Source: Catajapyx aquilonaris (taxonomy: Eukaryota). Taken from it: DNA of 64,000 nt. Below the pieces are notes generated by a model that did no database searches, had not been told where the DNA came from, and saw only the letters and a list, made by a program, of their open reading frames with translations. Shown here in pieces: positions 15,601 through 29,868 of the stretch; within the stretch, counting starts at the first letter, position 1; each line of letters opens with the position of its first letter. Made by a program: the position numbers and the translations under genes. Location of the stretch: NCBI GenBank assembly GCA_000934665.2, contig KZ538191.1:62001-126000 (forward strand), given 5' to 3'.

Positions 15601-18600
15601 CAGCGCTAAATTTTCCGTGCACTAACACACCATCCTGCCTAATTCACCATTAATGACTATGTTAGCATATTAGTTTCCAGGCCTATTCTACATATGGGCC
15701 CACAGGGGATGCGAGCTTATATAGCTGGTGCTGCCTATGTTCTAATTGCACTATAATTAGGCACCACGTAATTTTATTTTAAATCCATCAGTCGGGCTCT
15801 TAGACGGCAAGACTTTGTGATTTTCTGAAGAGGAAATTGAGGGCCCTTGATTGTTAATTCATAAGGTGGATCGATCTGGTCGCTATTTTAGAGCTGTACA
15901 AACGGGACTAGTTGTCCTTTGGAAGGCACAGAACGGGCAACCTGCGCATGCGATGTGAAAAATTTAAAATTCATGAACTGTGGAGAACGTTCAATACTTG
16001 GAACAATTGTATAATAATCTGACCTAATAATAATAATAATGTGACCAGCTAATATTAATGTTCAAGATATTGGCTCATAGACTTTTATCCGATGACACAA
16101 CATTGCCAAAACTTTCATTAGTCAGATTTTTTTTATAAATCCTAGCTTTTGACCACCCTCTGCTATTACTTCCCAAAAAGTTAATCCCTCACCAGTTCCT
16201 ATGAAAGAAAACTCGTGACATCACCTTCGAAAATTCAAAGACTCGTCCTAACTCCCTATATAAAAAAAGAAGGGACTAGATTATACTTTTTTCTCTCTCT
16301 TTCAGCTGGTGCATCCCCAGCTAAATAGGGAAGAGGGGGGGTGCATGGAAATAGGTCCAATCAAGCCAAGTCCTGAGCCACTCTTTTGTTGGGTCGGTTG
16401 AGGGTTTTTAGGATCCCATGGGTTTGGAACCCGTGGGGAGAATAAGGTGCGGGATGGAAGGCGATTAGCACGCTTCCAAAAAACGCCCAGGTACACACTC
16501 TTCCTTCGCTCCCCTAGCAACTTGCCATCCTCCATGATGGATGACACCGGACTATGGCCGCCTCTTTTTTTTTTGGGTCTCTCACTATTCCAAGGGCGAG
16601 TCGCCAACTTTTATACGTCATCGCGCATGTCCAGAAAATTTGGCCAGTAAAAAATATATGTCGAAATTTGACATTAAATTTATCCAACATTTCTGACCAT
16701 TTTAACATAATATTAATGGAGTTTATACGATTTTTTATTTGTTTGTTTGTGTGTTTGTTTGATAGTCGACCATGCCCTTTGGCCGCTGACCTGTTTAATT
16801 TTCGACATATTCCCAAGGAATCATTTTTAATGCTTTTTGAAATTACAATGTTGCATTACTATATGGTCAGTTGAACCAATGCAGAGGCCGGACACATTTC
16901 TGGGTTTGGTCATTGTCGCTCGTAAAAGAGGCCGGCAGTCCAATAATTGGTTGGAAATATGCTCGATTTTACATTCAATCAAAATCCGGGGGAAATCATA
17001 TGACCCGAGGCCCGATGTGGTCGTTTATGCAAGGTTTTTTTTCTCTCTCTCTTTTTTGGCCAGGGTAGGGTGGTGGTATACACGTTGTTGTGATTATACA
17101 GCTTCCCCCATCGAGCCAATGTTTTCCATATATGGCGACATAAATGGTGGCCAAACGCCACTATTAATAGTTCGAAGCGGCTGCATTACAGGCGGGCAGG
17201 TTTATTATAACATCAAATGCCATGTGTCTGCTCCGGATGGTCACAATATATCTCAAAAATTTTCCCAATCCCTCGCATATAAAAACTAGCCAAAGTGAAT
17301 TTTCAATAAGCATTACAGTGGAGGGGCTGGATGAAGTTAATCAAACCATGAAAATCTGCCATGAAACTGAAGCCTGTTGATGTTTCCGGAGTAATCAGTG
17401 GCATAAATTCTTAACTGCGCGGACATTCGAGGATCATAACAAGCGGTAAAATTTATCGCCCGGTCGTATATATATCGCTCGGGGATTTAACCCCCAAAAA
17501 ATATATCCTACTTTCTGTCTGTCAAACATGTCCCACCAGATCGCTGCCACTAACATACCTCCAATTGGTCCGTTTCTAACAAAAAAAAACTAGATATATT
17601 TTTTGCTTGCATCTGTCTGCCTTCGATACGTGTCATATCAGGCATCCCAGCGCTTTGAATCAGTGTCAATTTGGACTGAAGCGATGCACATCCACTATGA
17701 CACTGAGGGGCTTCTAGTAACACACACAAAAAAAATTTGGAGGGTAGGAAACCTATGCCTAAATAAACCAGAGGGTTCAAAATGAAGTGATTGACGTTTT
17801 GAAAAAATGACACTGTACGGTTTGAAGTTGGAAAGCTGTGTGCATATGCCGAACTGGCGAGAAAAAGGACTGGGGTTTTATAGTCCATTCTAGTTCCCTG
17901 AGGGGGGATAGGTCACAATAGAAACCGCAGCACTGACAGAGAGAGGCAATTTAGGAAATTCCGACTAGTCAGCGAATGGAAAACGAATCGTGGTAATGAG
18001 TAACAAGCGTTACTCGGATATGACTATATGTACTAGAAGTCCTCAGGGGGGAACGAAACACTTTACAAGTTAGTCAAGGTGACATTGAGTTGTGAGGGGG
18101 TAAAAATCGCTCTAAATTTCCATCAAAATGGCTGTCAGATTACTGAATGAAAAAGTAGCTGTTTGGTAAAATGAAATACCAGGGACAAAAATTGGCTTTC
18201 AAATTTGTGATAAAAATTGAACTCATATCAATTTGAGTAATTTCTGGCCTCAGGATTGGCTAATTTGGATCACACAACTATAGCACACTTTTCACCACCT
18301 ACATATTCATATTTACATTTAGTGCTTGAGGCTTCTTGCGGAAGGTTGGACACATATCCCCCTGTGGATTTTTACGGTATTCAATTATTCATGCCATCGC
18401 CGCCATTATTATTCTCTGCGCATCCTAGGAGAAGTCCGGCTGTGAGAGACTGACAGGTGTTTGGTGATTGATGAATAAGTGGGCCCCAAGCACCTTGCAA
18501 CATTGGCATGTACTTATATTACTTAGCAACATCTTGATTTTTCCACCCTCAAAAACCAACTGTGTACCTCCATTTTTTTAAACGAAAAAAAATCGTTTCC

Positions 18601-18713
18601 TTCTCAATTTTGCAGCGAATTGATTGGTATCCCATCAGCTATTTGAGAGGGGAAAAACCTTTCCTGAATGTCGATTTGTGTCTCCTGATGGATCACTTAT
18701 TCATGAGTGGCAG

Positions 18714-18746
18714 GGTTTGAAGAGCGAACCGTTCTCTCTTCAAACC
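18714..18746. repeat. Short palindrome
   Basis: GGTTTGAAGAGCGAAC-C-GTTCTCTCTTCAAACC, 16-bp arms with 1 mismatch. Confidence 0.7.
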
Positions 18747-19400
18747 ACCCCCAGACTTTTTTTTATAGCAGGGTTGCTTAAATATCCAGCCTCTCTTATA
18801 TAGGCAACTATATACATAACCAACGTTGGCTAAATGGGATTGTGATGTAAGGACCCCAAAAGTTTCCTTGGAGAGATTTTTAAAAAAACATGGTTACTGA
18901 TCCTGGATCAATTACAGGAGAGGTTAAAAAAATTTCTTGAAGAAAAAATTTAAACTTTGAGACACTCCAACAATAGATACGGGAAGAGCTATAAATTAAA
19001 TGCAGGCCCGGTTTCTGTGTAAACTAATCTCGGTGGGTATTAGCATGCTGCGGGAGGCTCCATAATCACTATGAGCCACGGCAGGCCGCATTAGAAACAA
19101 TTAAAAAGTTTCACAATTTCACCAAGAGCAGGTTCTTGTCAGTCAGTTCATTAGTCGTGACGTTTCATTAAGACTATAAAAGGATCTAGTTGCGGAGAAC
19201 TCGAGATGCTCTTAGTCATTGTTGGCAGGGGGGCCGCCTTTTGTGGAGGACTAAAACATCTCATCGGTTGAATACACGAGTTGTGTGAACTTAAAAGGGG
19301 GGTAATATTATGGTCAAAAACATAGTTTGGTTAAAGCATGTGCTTTCTGGTTAAGATTTAAAGTATAAATCCTCGTATCATTGGCATAGTACGAAATGCC

Positions 19401-19492
19401 ACTACCAGGTGGCGCTCTCCTGGAGGAAAGTAACACTACCGGTACATGCACGTTGGTGATGAGTCACGCGGATAGACAGTCTCGCCTAGCCA
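19401..19492 (+). repeat. Dispersed repeat family B, copy 1
   Basis: Shares the exact 25-mer TACATGCACGTTGGTGATGAGTCAC (19443-19467 = 43887-43911) plus flanking CAGGTGGCGC and GTCTCGCC with 43830-43932. Confidence 0.75.
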
Positions 19493-22400
19493 ATTATAAT
19501 ATTGCAAATAAATATTTGACTGCTTTTTATGAAACATTACGCATGTGTTGTACCAATTAAGCCACAATGTACTTACAAATTTTAAACCACAGGGTGGTTC
19601 AGTTTTTCTGTACAAGCGTGTGTACCATGCGTAAAAATTATCTAGAGATTTGTACCCCCCCCCCCCTCTTGTTTACTCCTAAAACATCTTTTTTCATTTT
19701 CATCTTCAGCACGGAAAACAATGGAACGCCTCTTTTAATAAGTTTTCTTGTTTTCATTTCAGTTTCCTGCCAGATCTCATTTGGGACCCCTTCTTCCTCG
19801 CATTTTCATGTAAGTTTCTCCTCCTTTGTATTCTGCTTTCCGGGCTGCTTATGATAGTCATATCGACGCTCGCGGGATCTCCCCGGAATTAAAGAAGTCT
19901 ACAATGTCGCAGGCAGACGAATGCTTCTTTTGGATCCAGAAGGGGGGGGGAGGGGGTCCTTGAGACTATTTTTTTGTGCTCGTCTTCACTCCCCATGGGG
20001 GGGGGGGGGGGGNGGGGGGGGGGGGAGTGAGAGGATAGAAAAAAAAGCAATAGGCTTGGGAATATCACGAAAGACTATATTGTCCCGGATAAAATCCGGT
20101 GGCTCAAGCCAATCCCGTCAGATTACTCCGAAAAAAGGTCACACATAAATGACCAGGATTATAGCTTTTTGGTGGAGTGGCAGGATGATACAGGTTCACT
20201 CCAAAAAATCGTGTAAATTTGGTATACATTTAAAGTTTGGTATTTAATTGCAAGTTTAATCCTTATCCTAGCCCATTGAATGTTTCGCAATTTTTCTTTT
20301 TTGGAAGGGGGGACTCATCAAAAAAAAAGTGGGCTTGGTTATCTGGAAAGCAGTTTGAACACTTGTTGCGGTAATCCCACTTAATTGGAGAAAGTCGGCT
20401 TTGGAGAAGTGCAGGGGCTTTGTTTCCTAAAGTGGGAATTAAGCAACGTAATGAGGGCGGGCAAAAATGCATTTGGCAAACGATGTGGAATGAATAATTC
20501 AGATTTAGCAAGCAGGCCCCGTTTTCCGTTTATGGCTTGGGGCTTTGGCAAACTATTCGCGTAAGCATTGGATTTTGTGGGGGGGGGGGGTCTTCCGGAA
20601 TACAGCTAGATTTTTGTCCGCAAATTTTGTTTTCTTTTTTTCTCTCTGCAAAAATGAGGCGATTTTCTGCTTTAATGGATTATTATAAGGAGCTGGCATT
20701 TATTCGCAAGGATATAGCCAGCATATTAAAGTGCATGCTTAGATTATGAGGACTCTACCGTTGGAATACAGCCCACGCAAAAGTTTTGTTGCATGGAGTT
20801 AAATAAATAAATAATATGTATTTCATACATCGCACATATATCGGAAAATATTGTAAGCCCATATGTGAAGATAATGTTCAATAATTTCCCATGTTTATTA
20901 CGAGAAATTGGTATAATTTAGCAGTTTCTCAACAGAAATGTCAACTTCATTCAATTTTAATTAAATATGGCATTAATATTTAAACGCATTTCACTTCCAT
21001 ATGTTGGTAATTTTTGATTAATTAGCATGCGTTTTACTTGCATAATCTCTAAATACCTTTTCACGTCATCGACATTGTAAATGTAAAATTAATTCGCAGT
21101 AATGCATAGCACGTCGTTAATCCTTTCTTTAGCAAAATAACGAAGCAGCAGGTTTTGTATTGCATCATTAGTGCAATCCAGCTTATTAGTTTCAAAAGAG
21201 GTGCTTAATACTTGCTAAAATATTTCATATCCTACTTAAGGATTAGAGCAAAATATGCTCAAATAGCTTACACTCACGTAACGAGATGTACATGGTGGCA
21301 CATTAGCCCTGTCTCCAGTTCATCCCCAGCAACATCCCCAGGTCATAATTTGCAAACATTGCAACATTGTCGCCTCATCATTTTGCTAATTACAAATTGT
21401 TTACCCCCTCCAAAAATTATCAGCCGCTCACACCCTCCAGCATCAATTTCCATCACATGCTCGTAAACCAAATTACGACTTTTTACAGCTCCTGCAATTA
21501 TGCTTTCAATTTGGGTAAGAAAGATTGAAGGTTGTTAAGAGGGTGGGTTAGGGAGGGTGGAAAAGAATGGTAGATTTTAGAGGAGGGAAGGGTGGGCGGA
21601 GGAAGGAAATCAATTTGTCAGTAAGTTTTAGTGTTTTCCTTTCGAAACTGGGTACCGAAAAAAAATAAAATGGGAGGGCTTTGGGCGGAAGGATTTTCTC
21701 TCGTTGGCAAATTGCTCCGGCACTCGGTTACAACCGAGAGAGTTGGGGTTATGGGGCTGGGGGACCAGGATAGTACGTATATCTCTTCCAATGGTATATA
21801 GAGCAAAACCGCAGTCCTATAGAAGTGGGGGGGCTTTATGCGGGCTACTTGAGGAAAGCATCACCAGCATTCCCGAACTGATCCGGAAGCGATATTTGAA
21901 CAACTGAGGGGGGGCAAATCCGATGTTTCCAAACTACGTCACAGTCAAAGTCAATCTATCTGAAACACACTTCTATACCCAAAGCATCAGCAACATGTCC
22001 AAACCTCACAATAGGCTGGGGCTCTGTTGGTGTCACAATCCATTTGTCAAGCCTGAAATGGTTGGAGGGGGGGGGTTCCTTTTTCCAAATAAAACTATTC
22101 CCACATAGTTTGTCCCTTTGGTTTATAGGGACTGCCCGTATTATCCTCCCGGATTTTTTTTTTTTAGGGAACCGTGCTTCTTCACTTGGTCCTTTTTTCC
22201 CCCCCGTTTGTTATCCCCTCATTGCATTTCTGGCCTCGTTCCGGTGGCCAGAGATGGTCGGGCACGTTTCGCCACAAAGTCGTATATTTTCCACGGGATT
22301 CTCAAAAGCAGATCAGGAATGGGGCTGCACTCCAGCCGGCCTGCCAGAGACGGAGAGTTGAGAGTACGTGGGCCTTCGGAAAATGGGGAAAGAAGGTGGG

Positions 22401-23517
22401 TTACCAAATGTGGTTACCTGGCTCCATATGGTGCAAAAATGGGTTTGTCTGGATAGTTGGTTCAAGTGTGAGTTGCATAACTATGAAACGAACAATCAAA
22501 GAATTCGGCTTTATTTATTTATTTTATTTATTGGCCCAGGTCTCAGCTAGAATTAAGTTATAAATGTTGGGATAACTAACATATGTCTATACACAGCCTA
22601 TAAACCGGTCAAAATAATTTATAGCGTGTGGTGAATTGTTATCACTGTATTTACTAGCAGCCTTTGAAATAACATGGAAGTTGCTGCATTAAAACTAATC
22701 CCTTGCTCGTCATAAAGCAGGGATATAACGCCCACAGAACAATATCACTGGAGAGTCATTCAAATTGCGAAAATCCATGCTGCCCCTGTTATAATATGCT
22801 CGGCTTCAATTTACGTGCAAATTTTTAGTTCAGCAATGGGATGTGTTCATTATTTCTCAGCATTTGCATTGCGTAAAATAATAGTTATTCATTATTGTAG
22901 GCGGGTGATTGGAATTATTTTAAGCCGACCCGGCGACCCCCTCAGGAAAGGTCAAACAGCAGGGTTGTTTACTAAAAATAACCCGCTATTTATTTGTTCC
23001 GCCCAATTGCATGCTTCCATATATGAAAATGCATGGAATATGCAGATGTGTAGAATAAATAAAATACAGGTAGGTGTATACCGATATTGAAAATGGTAGC
23101 TCTTGAACAAACTACTGATTCTCTATTAGCTCCACATTATTAAAATTTAGTGGAAAATTTTAATTCCAATGTGAGCACCCATGTTAATTTTATTTTGCAC
23201 TGAAAATTAGTAAAAATGACTTATCATAATTTGAGTCATTTTAACCAAATAGTTTTTAACATTAGCAGGTAATATTTTTGATAACTACTACTTAAAATAA
23301 GCAGCTTTAATTTTCATTCGCTCAATTTTTCATTCATATTCATTTCACATTTCAAGACTCTGTAGCTACTTTATTTTTTTACATTACAATACCCTCTGTA
23401 ACGAACACTTCATCCCCAATTTTCGTCAAATAATTACTACCCACCGCCTCCCAAAATTAGTCGCCGATTTAATTTTCGCCCATCAACCGAAGGGAAAATC
23501 CCCCCCCCCCCCCCCAA

Positions 23518-23780
23518 NNNNNNNNNNNNNNNNNNNNNNNNNNNNNNNNNNNNNNNNNNNNNNNNNNNNNNNNNNNNNNNNNNNNNNNNNNNNNNNNNNN
23601 NNNNNNNNNNNNNNNNNNNNNNNNNNNNNNNNNNNNNNNNNNNNNNNNNNNNNNNNNNNNNNNNNNNNNNNNNNNNNNNNNNNNNNNNNNNNNNNNNNNN
23701 NNNNNNNNNNNNNNNNNNNNNNNNNNNNNNNNNNNNNNNNNNNNNNNNNNNNNNNNNNNNNNNNNNNNNNNNNNNNNNNN
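23518..23780. other. Assembly gap
   Basis: N run flanked by poly-C and poly-G. Confidence 0.99.
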
Positions 23781-24956
23781 GGGGGGGGGGGGGGGGGCAG
23801 GGGATTGTAAAACCATCGCAGAAAACTAAGGCTCATGTAACCATACTGGGTCCAGTTATGGCAGAGGGATTTGCAGGGAGTTTATACTTTGTGCATGCAA
23901 GCTTAGGATCCGGTTGCAATTATGGAAGGGCCATCGACAGTTGCCTTTATATACATAAAAAAAGACAATGGACAACAACAGGGGACGCATGATGTGTCTC
24001 TGTGTCCTGATAAAGTGCGACCGGTGTGAATATCCGCGGGGTTGTTTAGTTTTCATTGGAAAATTTCGGTAAACAGGACAGTAATTGGGTTATGGTGTAA
24101 CAGGAGGGGTTTTTTGGGGGGTGGAAAAACGTCCCATTTAGAGCCCGGGTTTGGGATGCGGAACAATGGAAGGGAAATAACGAGTATGTGGTGTGGTGGT
24201 CCGGGGAAATTAATTTTCAGGCAGGTTAATTCAGCAGAGGCAAATGATTGCTTTATTGTTGGAGCATCACCTACGTGCATATAGTACTACTTTTCTCCTG
24301 AGAGCGGCAGTAGTGTGCGCCACATGGTTGCCAAGTTTGCAATGGGTTCACTACTAGTGTTCAAGAGCTTGTACAGTAGCAGTCTACAATGTCACTCGGT
24401 CTCTGTAATTGCATCATTTCTTCACTTTTGCCAAGTTAAATCCCTCTCAAAAGAAACCACTTTTTGAAAATTAACGAACTGTACTCCTGGGGAAAAAATA
24501 GTCCCTCCAGACTAGCACATATTTCACTAGAACCCCGCCAAGTTCTCTCAATTTGTTCTGGAAGAAAATCGCCATCCAACCCCAGCAGAGGACAGATGGA
24601 GTCATCAAGCAAGGCTTGGACTCGAAAGTGAACAGAGCAAATGATTATGATGTTTTTAATGAGACTATTCATCTTGGACTTTCCCCGCCCCAATGTTTTT
24701 TTTTTCTCCAGCTCTGTTCTATATGTTACATTCTTAACCAATATGGCGACACATTTTGTTATCTTAAAGCCGATTTTTCACACGGCAGGGAGACCCCGGA
24801 GAAGTTTATTCTTGTTAGTAAACCCAAGTGATTAATTTAGACGGAATCTTCCTCAGGACGAAAGTGACACCGGAGGAAGGAACCAAGAAATTGAGAAAAG
24901 TAGAATCCCATCGATTTTGGACCCCCAAAAACTTGTCATATTTCTTTCCCCCCCCC

Positions 24957-25115
24957 NNNNNNNNNNNNNNNNNNNNNNNNNNNNNNNNNNNNNNNNNNNN
25001 NNNNNNNNNNNNNNNNNNNNNNNNNNNNNNNNNNNNNNNNNNNNNNNNNNNNNNNNNNNNNNNNNNNNNNNNNNNNNNNNNNNNNNNNNNNNNNNNNNNN
25101 NNNNNNNNNNNNNNN
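24957..25115. other. Assembly gap
   Basis: N run flanked by poly-C on both sides. Smaller gaps at 27356-27371 and 28169-28183 also abut C or G runs. Confidence 0.99.
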
Positions 25116-25641
25116 CCCCCCCCCCACCCCACTAAATTCAAATGGGGTTTTCTACAGGGCTTTTTGCAGCGTGTATATAAAGTCCTTTCCTTCTGGGCTA
25201 TGACATGGTCTGGGGAACAGTTTCGTACTTCTCCTTTTCATCAGCGGCGGTAATGAATATTAGGCCTAATTAAATTAGGTCTGCAGCCTGGCGCTATTAT
25301 GATTCCCACAATGGCCGTTATCTGGAAATGATTCCCTCCAGTCGTTTCTTATTAGAACAGGCCTAGTCTGGAACATGTTTCAGGTGGTCTAGGAGTGTCC
25401 AATTCATTAGAGAGGAAATCATGGAATATTAATGAGCTGTATGATTTGGTAATTGAAGACGAGGGGCCAAGGGGCGTGAGAAGGTTTTGCAGAGAATGAG
25501 GTTAATTGTGCGGCTCTGTAAGCAGTGTAATCTAAATTAATTAATACAGTTTCTGTTTATTTAACTATATAGTAGGTCGTACTGTACATTGATTATTACA
25601 GGGCATGGGTGCAATGGAATCCTTTGATTGAATTTTTAATT

Positions 25642-25806
25642 AGCGCAACCTAATGCGCAACACAGTTCACGCAAATTGTTTCCAACACTACGCTTGAGGG
25701 AGTAACAATATGGCCGACTTTTGCGACGTTGCCAAGGCTTACCAGTGTGAATTTGACCCCTGAGAAGTAAGTGTGGCAACGTTGTTGGGGGAACAATTCC
25801 GCTTGT
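25642..25806 (+). mobile_element. Dispersed repeat family A (Helitron-like, non-autonomous), copy 1, uninterrupted
   Basis: AGCGCAACCTAATG..CACAGTTC..TAACAATATGGCCGACTTTTGCGACGTTGCCAAGGCT..TGTGGCAACGTTG..GCTTGTAAAA is collinear with 42651-43806 (+) and 48321-48518 (-). The repeat is certain; the Helitron class is inferred from the 3' end of the other copies. Confidence 0.75.
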
Positions 25807-26661
25807 AAAAATATTCATCTACAGCAGACCGATGCTCAAATTAGTTTCCAAGACAGGCGATCCTCTCTTGGGAGGCTAATTTCTCCAGCAATTAAAAACG
25901 ATCGAAATTCGTTTGAACTTTGCACAAAAACTCACTTAGTTTCGACCTAGTATTTTTTTGTTGGCCTGTCCCACTCCGGTCCTGAAGCAAGCAGCGGTCA
26001 ACCCCCAACGGAACACTTAATGGGAATTAGATCGCAGCGACACTGGCGACCCTAATTTCAAAGTGGCCGCGCCTAATTAGGCATCCCCTGATGAATCCCT
26101 TGGCTAAGACCAGCTCACGTACATAACACGATGATGGCGATTACACACAACAATCCTCCATCCAAAACTCTGCGTCTAGGTCCAGGGAAAATGAAATTTA
26201 TCATCTCTTGGTCCCCCCCTCACAGAATCCTTGAGCCCTCAGGAGCAACCCCAGTAATGAGCACTGCCTTGATCCCGCCTTGACGGCTTCTTTGCGTCTG
26301 ACAGAGGCAAACTGTGTCTTAAATTGAGCAGGCAGCTGCACTGGAAGGGGTTTTAAGCTCCATTCGGCCCGGTTATTTATCCACTTTATCCAGCCACAGC
26401 CTGTTTACCGGTTACTGGAGAGACAAAAATGGCGGAGGAGGGGGGTGGGAATATGGTTAGTCTGGAGCCCGTTTCCTGCAGCATGTGTGAATGTGGATGA
26501 GGGGGAAGTTTTTTTTACTGGTAATATGATAGGGTGGGTCAAAAAGTCTGAGGAGAGTCTGGCACTGAAGAATGTTTGTGGTGGGAACTAGGCTGCAAGA
26601 AGTCTGGGACTTTGCTGGGAGGAAGAATAGGCAACAATATAGCATAAAACATGTGTTCATA

Positions 26662-26735
26662 GAATTTCGTTGGAAGCAGCATGCGCCATCTACTGATTTT
26701 CTTCCCAACGTTTTTGCACTTAACATGGCACCCAA
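26662..26735 (+). repeat. Dispersed repeat fragment C, copy 1
   Basis: GCCATCTACTGATTT..TTCC.AAC....CATGGCA.CCA is collinear with 31729-31800. Confidence 0.5.
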
Positions 26736-28739
26736 TTCCTGGCACAAACTGGAACAATCCGGACACTTTCAACCTAGATAATCATCCCCTATGCTAAACT
26801 CGAGCGTTTTCCGAGTGAATGCAAATTAATTAATCACTTGTTGAATTTGCAACCTCCCTGGTAGTGCGTACCACGACTCCACTAAAGGCTCATTAAACAA
26901 TACAAGCCTGGTCCAATGATGACAGTCCACCCCCCCCCCCCCCACTCCCCATACCCTTTTTCCTGCAATTAAAATTATCAGAAGAGCATGCATCCGTTTC
27001 GGACACTGGTTAATAGCAACATTGGTTTCCCAATCTCCACTATTTTAGAGGGCACTCTCGCATCCGGACCCCCCCGTAATCCTCCCGTAGTTAATGCTAT
27101 AGTACGCTCAATAAGAGTTAATTTGTTTTCCATTGCCTTCGGTAAACATGCTTGGTGAGGCGTTGCTTTAGTGCAATCCTCTTTTTTTAACGTATGTGGT
27201 TTTTTTTGGAGGGGTTGCAAAAGGCCTGGACCTAAAGTGCGGCTCTATTGTTAGTTATATGCGTTATGATTATTATTCGGCCGTTTTGCCATTCAGCCCT
27301 GGGATTGGATGCGGTTTTTCCCGAAGCGCAATTTGCCCTGGGTTTCCCCCCCCCCNNNNNNNNNNNNNNNNCTCGAACAGTTTTCTGCTGGATTTATGTC
27401 GCCGTAAATTCCGTAATGACGATCGGGCCAATCAGGTAAATTATAAACGGTTAAGTCTGGCGGAATAATTGCGCTGCCTTTTGATTTCAGCTCAGTCCGA
27501 ACCTGTGGGTGCATTTGAAAGAGGATGGGGGGGGGAAAATTTCCTGGGAGGAAATATTTGCGGATTTCCCAATCGGTGCAAAAAAATGGCAATAACGTTT
27601 CATAACCAGACGATGCTTTGTGAGGTTTGGTTAATTATGAGCTCTTTGATATCAATGGTTATTGTAGTTGATATTTCCGAATTTTCCTTTCAAAAAAAAA
27701 AAATGGGTGCTGACATGTACAAAATCGTGGTGATTTAGATAAATGGCGGTGAGTTGGGCGGGTACAGATCCAATTTCGTGCTAACAGTTGCAAACGATGC
27801 GAAGTCATAACGTAGTGTAGTACGGTCGCCCATAAAACCACATACGTATGCAGAACAGCACAAAACGAATCCTCTCTAACGGTGGCAAATGGCCAATAGG
27901 ATTGCCGTTTCCGCCCCTGTGCAAGATTCTCCCTTTACTGCCCATCGTATTCATGTTCCTAGACTGTTTATCACGTCCATTTTTTTCTTCTTCCTAACGT
28001 TGCTCATGTCGTTGACTTGAAAAGAGGACCAACAGTGCATCGAAATTTATATTGGTGGCCCGCTTCCAGACAAGTCTGAGCTGATAGGGCATCGTTACCA
28101 GGATCCGTTATGACGTGATAGAGACCGCTAAAGATGGCGGATTCTCCCCCAGATGACGCATGGGGGGGNNNNNNNNNNNNNNNGGGGGGGGCGAAAGTGT
28201 CCGGAGGGGTGGATCAAAGGCATTGTAATTGGACGTCGCCGATATGGACACCCAAAATCGATTTCTATTAGGCCTACCCCCCGACCAGTAATATAGAAGG
28301 ACAAAATGTATCGACATATTTTCTGCTCCCAATTTTCTCAAAATTCTCCAAAATTGTGTGTGTCGTCTTGATGCTCCCACATGGTGGACTATAAATCTTG
28401 GTTTAGGTTAAGTAAACTCATTATACGTTTTGCAGGGCTGGTAAGGAAGGAGTTAATGATTATTGTGAGGAATGATTTATCAGGAAGGCTTTGCCTGAGA
28501 GATTTGTGGCTGAGAGGCTCCGGATTACCGATAGCGTATCGCACTCTGCCCGAGAGATCCTTCTGAAAATTTATTATTAAGGTCCGTCCGTTCTGGAGCA
28601 GATGGCATTTATTTCCAGTCTAAACAGTGAGCAAGTCTGCTGCACAATTTGTCAACATTTAATCGATAGCATAGTTCTTTATTTTATTAGGCCTAATAGT
28701 AGCGGACAAACTTTGCCTTATATGTAGATTTATATTTTA

Positions 28740-28995
28740 TTAGCAGGATACCCGGCCTTGCTTGGGTTATGAAATACTTCTCCATGGGAGTAACTCACTC
28801 TGGAGTAACAATAAAGTATAGGCCTGCTTTTCTGCCTTTTCGCCTCCTGCGGCCAAGGATGACCTCGGAGGTCAAGTCCAATGTGCTTATGACCTTCCCA
28901 ATTAAAAACTACCCCTAATGATCACCCTGGAGCACATGTCGAGGCCTCAGTATTGATTTGCATATGGAACGTACAGACATGTTAATTTTATTTTC
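28740..28995 (-). mobile_element. Possible non-autonomous Helitron
   Basis: TTAGCAGGATACCCGGCCTTGCTTGGGT read on the - strand is a GC hairpin followed by CTAA (CTRR). The far end has ACAGACA..TTTTATTT, as in insect non-autonomous Helitrons. The far boundary is approximate. Confidence 0.35.
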
Positions 28996-29803
28996 CTGCA
29001 ACATGAGCAATCTGAAGCCTATATTATTGACGATAGTACATACTATTTTTAAACCCTATGTTATCGTCTCACTCCCCCACATTTCTACATTTCTATCCTA
29101 TCTCAACCTTCAGTTATTCCCCGAATTATCTTCATTTACAACCCGTCCATCGTTCTCTAGAAGGACCTGGGTCAAAACGATCTTTTTTTGGACAGTCCAG
29201 CTTTCACAACCGGACATCCCACCGGGGTATAATCCTCCCAGAGAATGCCCAGAGTCCAGCAGCAGTGTCCACATCTCCTGGCTCATTTACTTGATCCATT
29301 ATTCCGTGCTATACTCAGTGCCTGTTACAAAACTGGCGATCCAAGGGCATTTTGGACGTGAGAAGCCCTAGATACCGTAATCCCCACGAGGTAGCAGGTG
29401 GATTGCGTCATAGTCGTCATAGAGAGATGAACAAACTTGGCATGTCCTCATCGGTTGGGGGGCAGAGGAAGTTGGGTCTCGGCCAACGGGTAAAAAAGGG
29501 GGTGCTGCGGTCAAAAGCATCGTTGGATATGTGTGTGCTGGGTCATATTTTGGGGGGGCATCGTAAACCCACCCTCACAGTGTAATGGAGAAGTTGGGGG
29601 GTGTTTTGTGTGCAAAGATGATTGTGGGATTAAGTTCATGGCTGGAATTTGGGGACAAGGTGAGCTTATCAGTGCGATATTGTTGGGGATGAGCGTTTAT
29701 TTCGAGGGTAATTAGAAAGGGTTGTTTTCGTGGAGAAAGTAATGGAGTTAATAAAACTGCGTAATTAAGCCGGAATGTTCAGGTCGCTAATTTTGGAGCT
29801 AGC

Positions 29804-29804
<1 letters not shown>

Positions 29805-29867
<63 letters not shown>
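29805..29867. repeat. (ATT)21 microsatellite
   Basis: Perfect ATT tandem array. Confidence 0.97.

Positions 29868-29868
<1 letters not shown>

Noticed and set aside
23469..25253. Long ORFs of 108-141 aa
   Set aside because: Artefacts of reading through N gaps.
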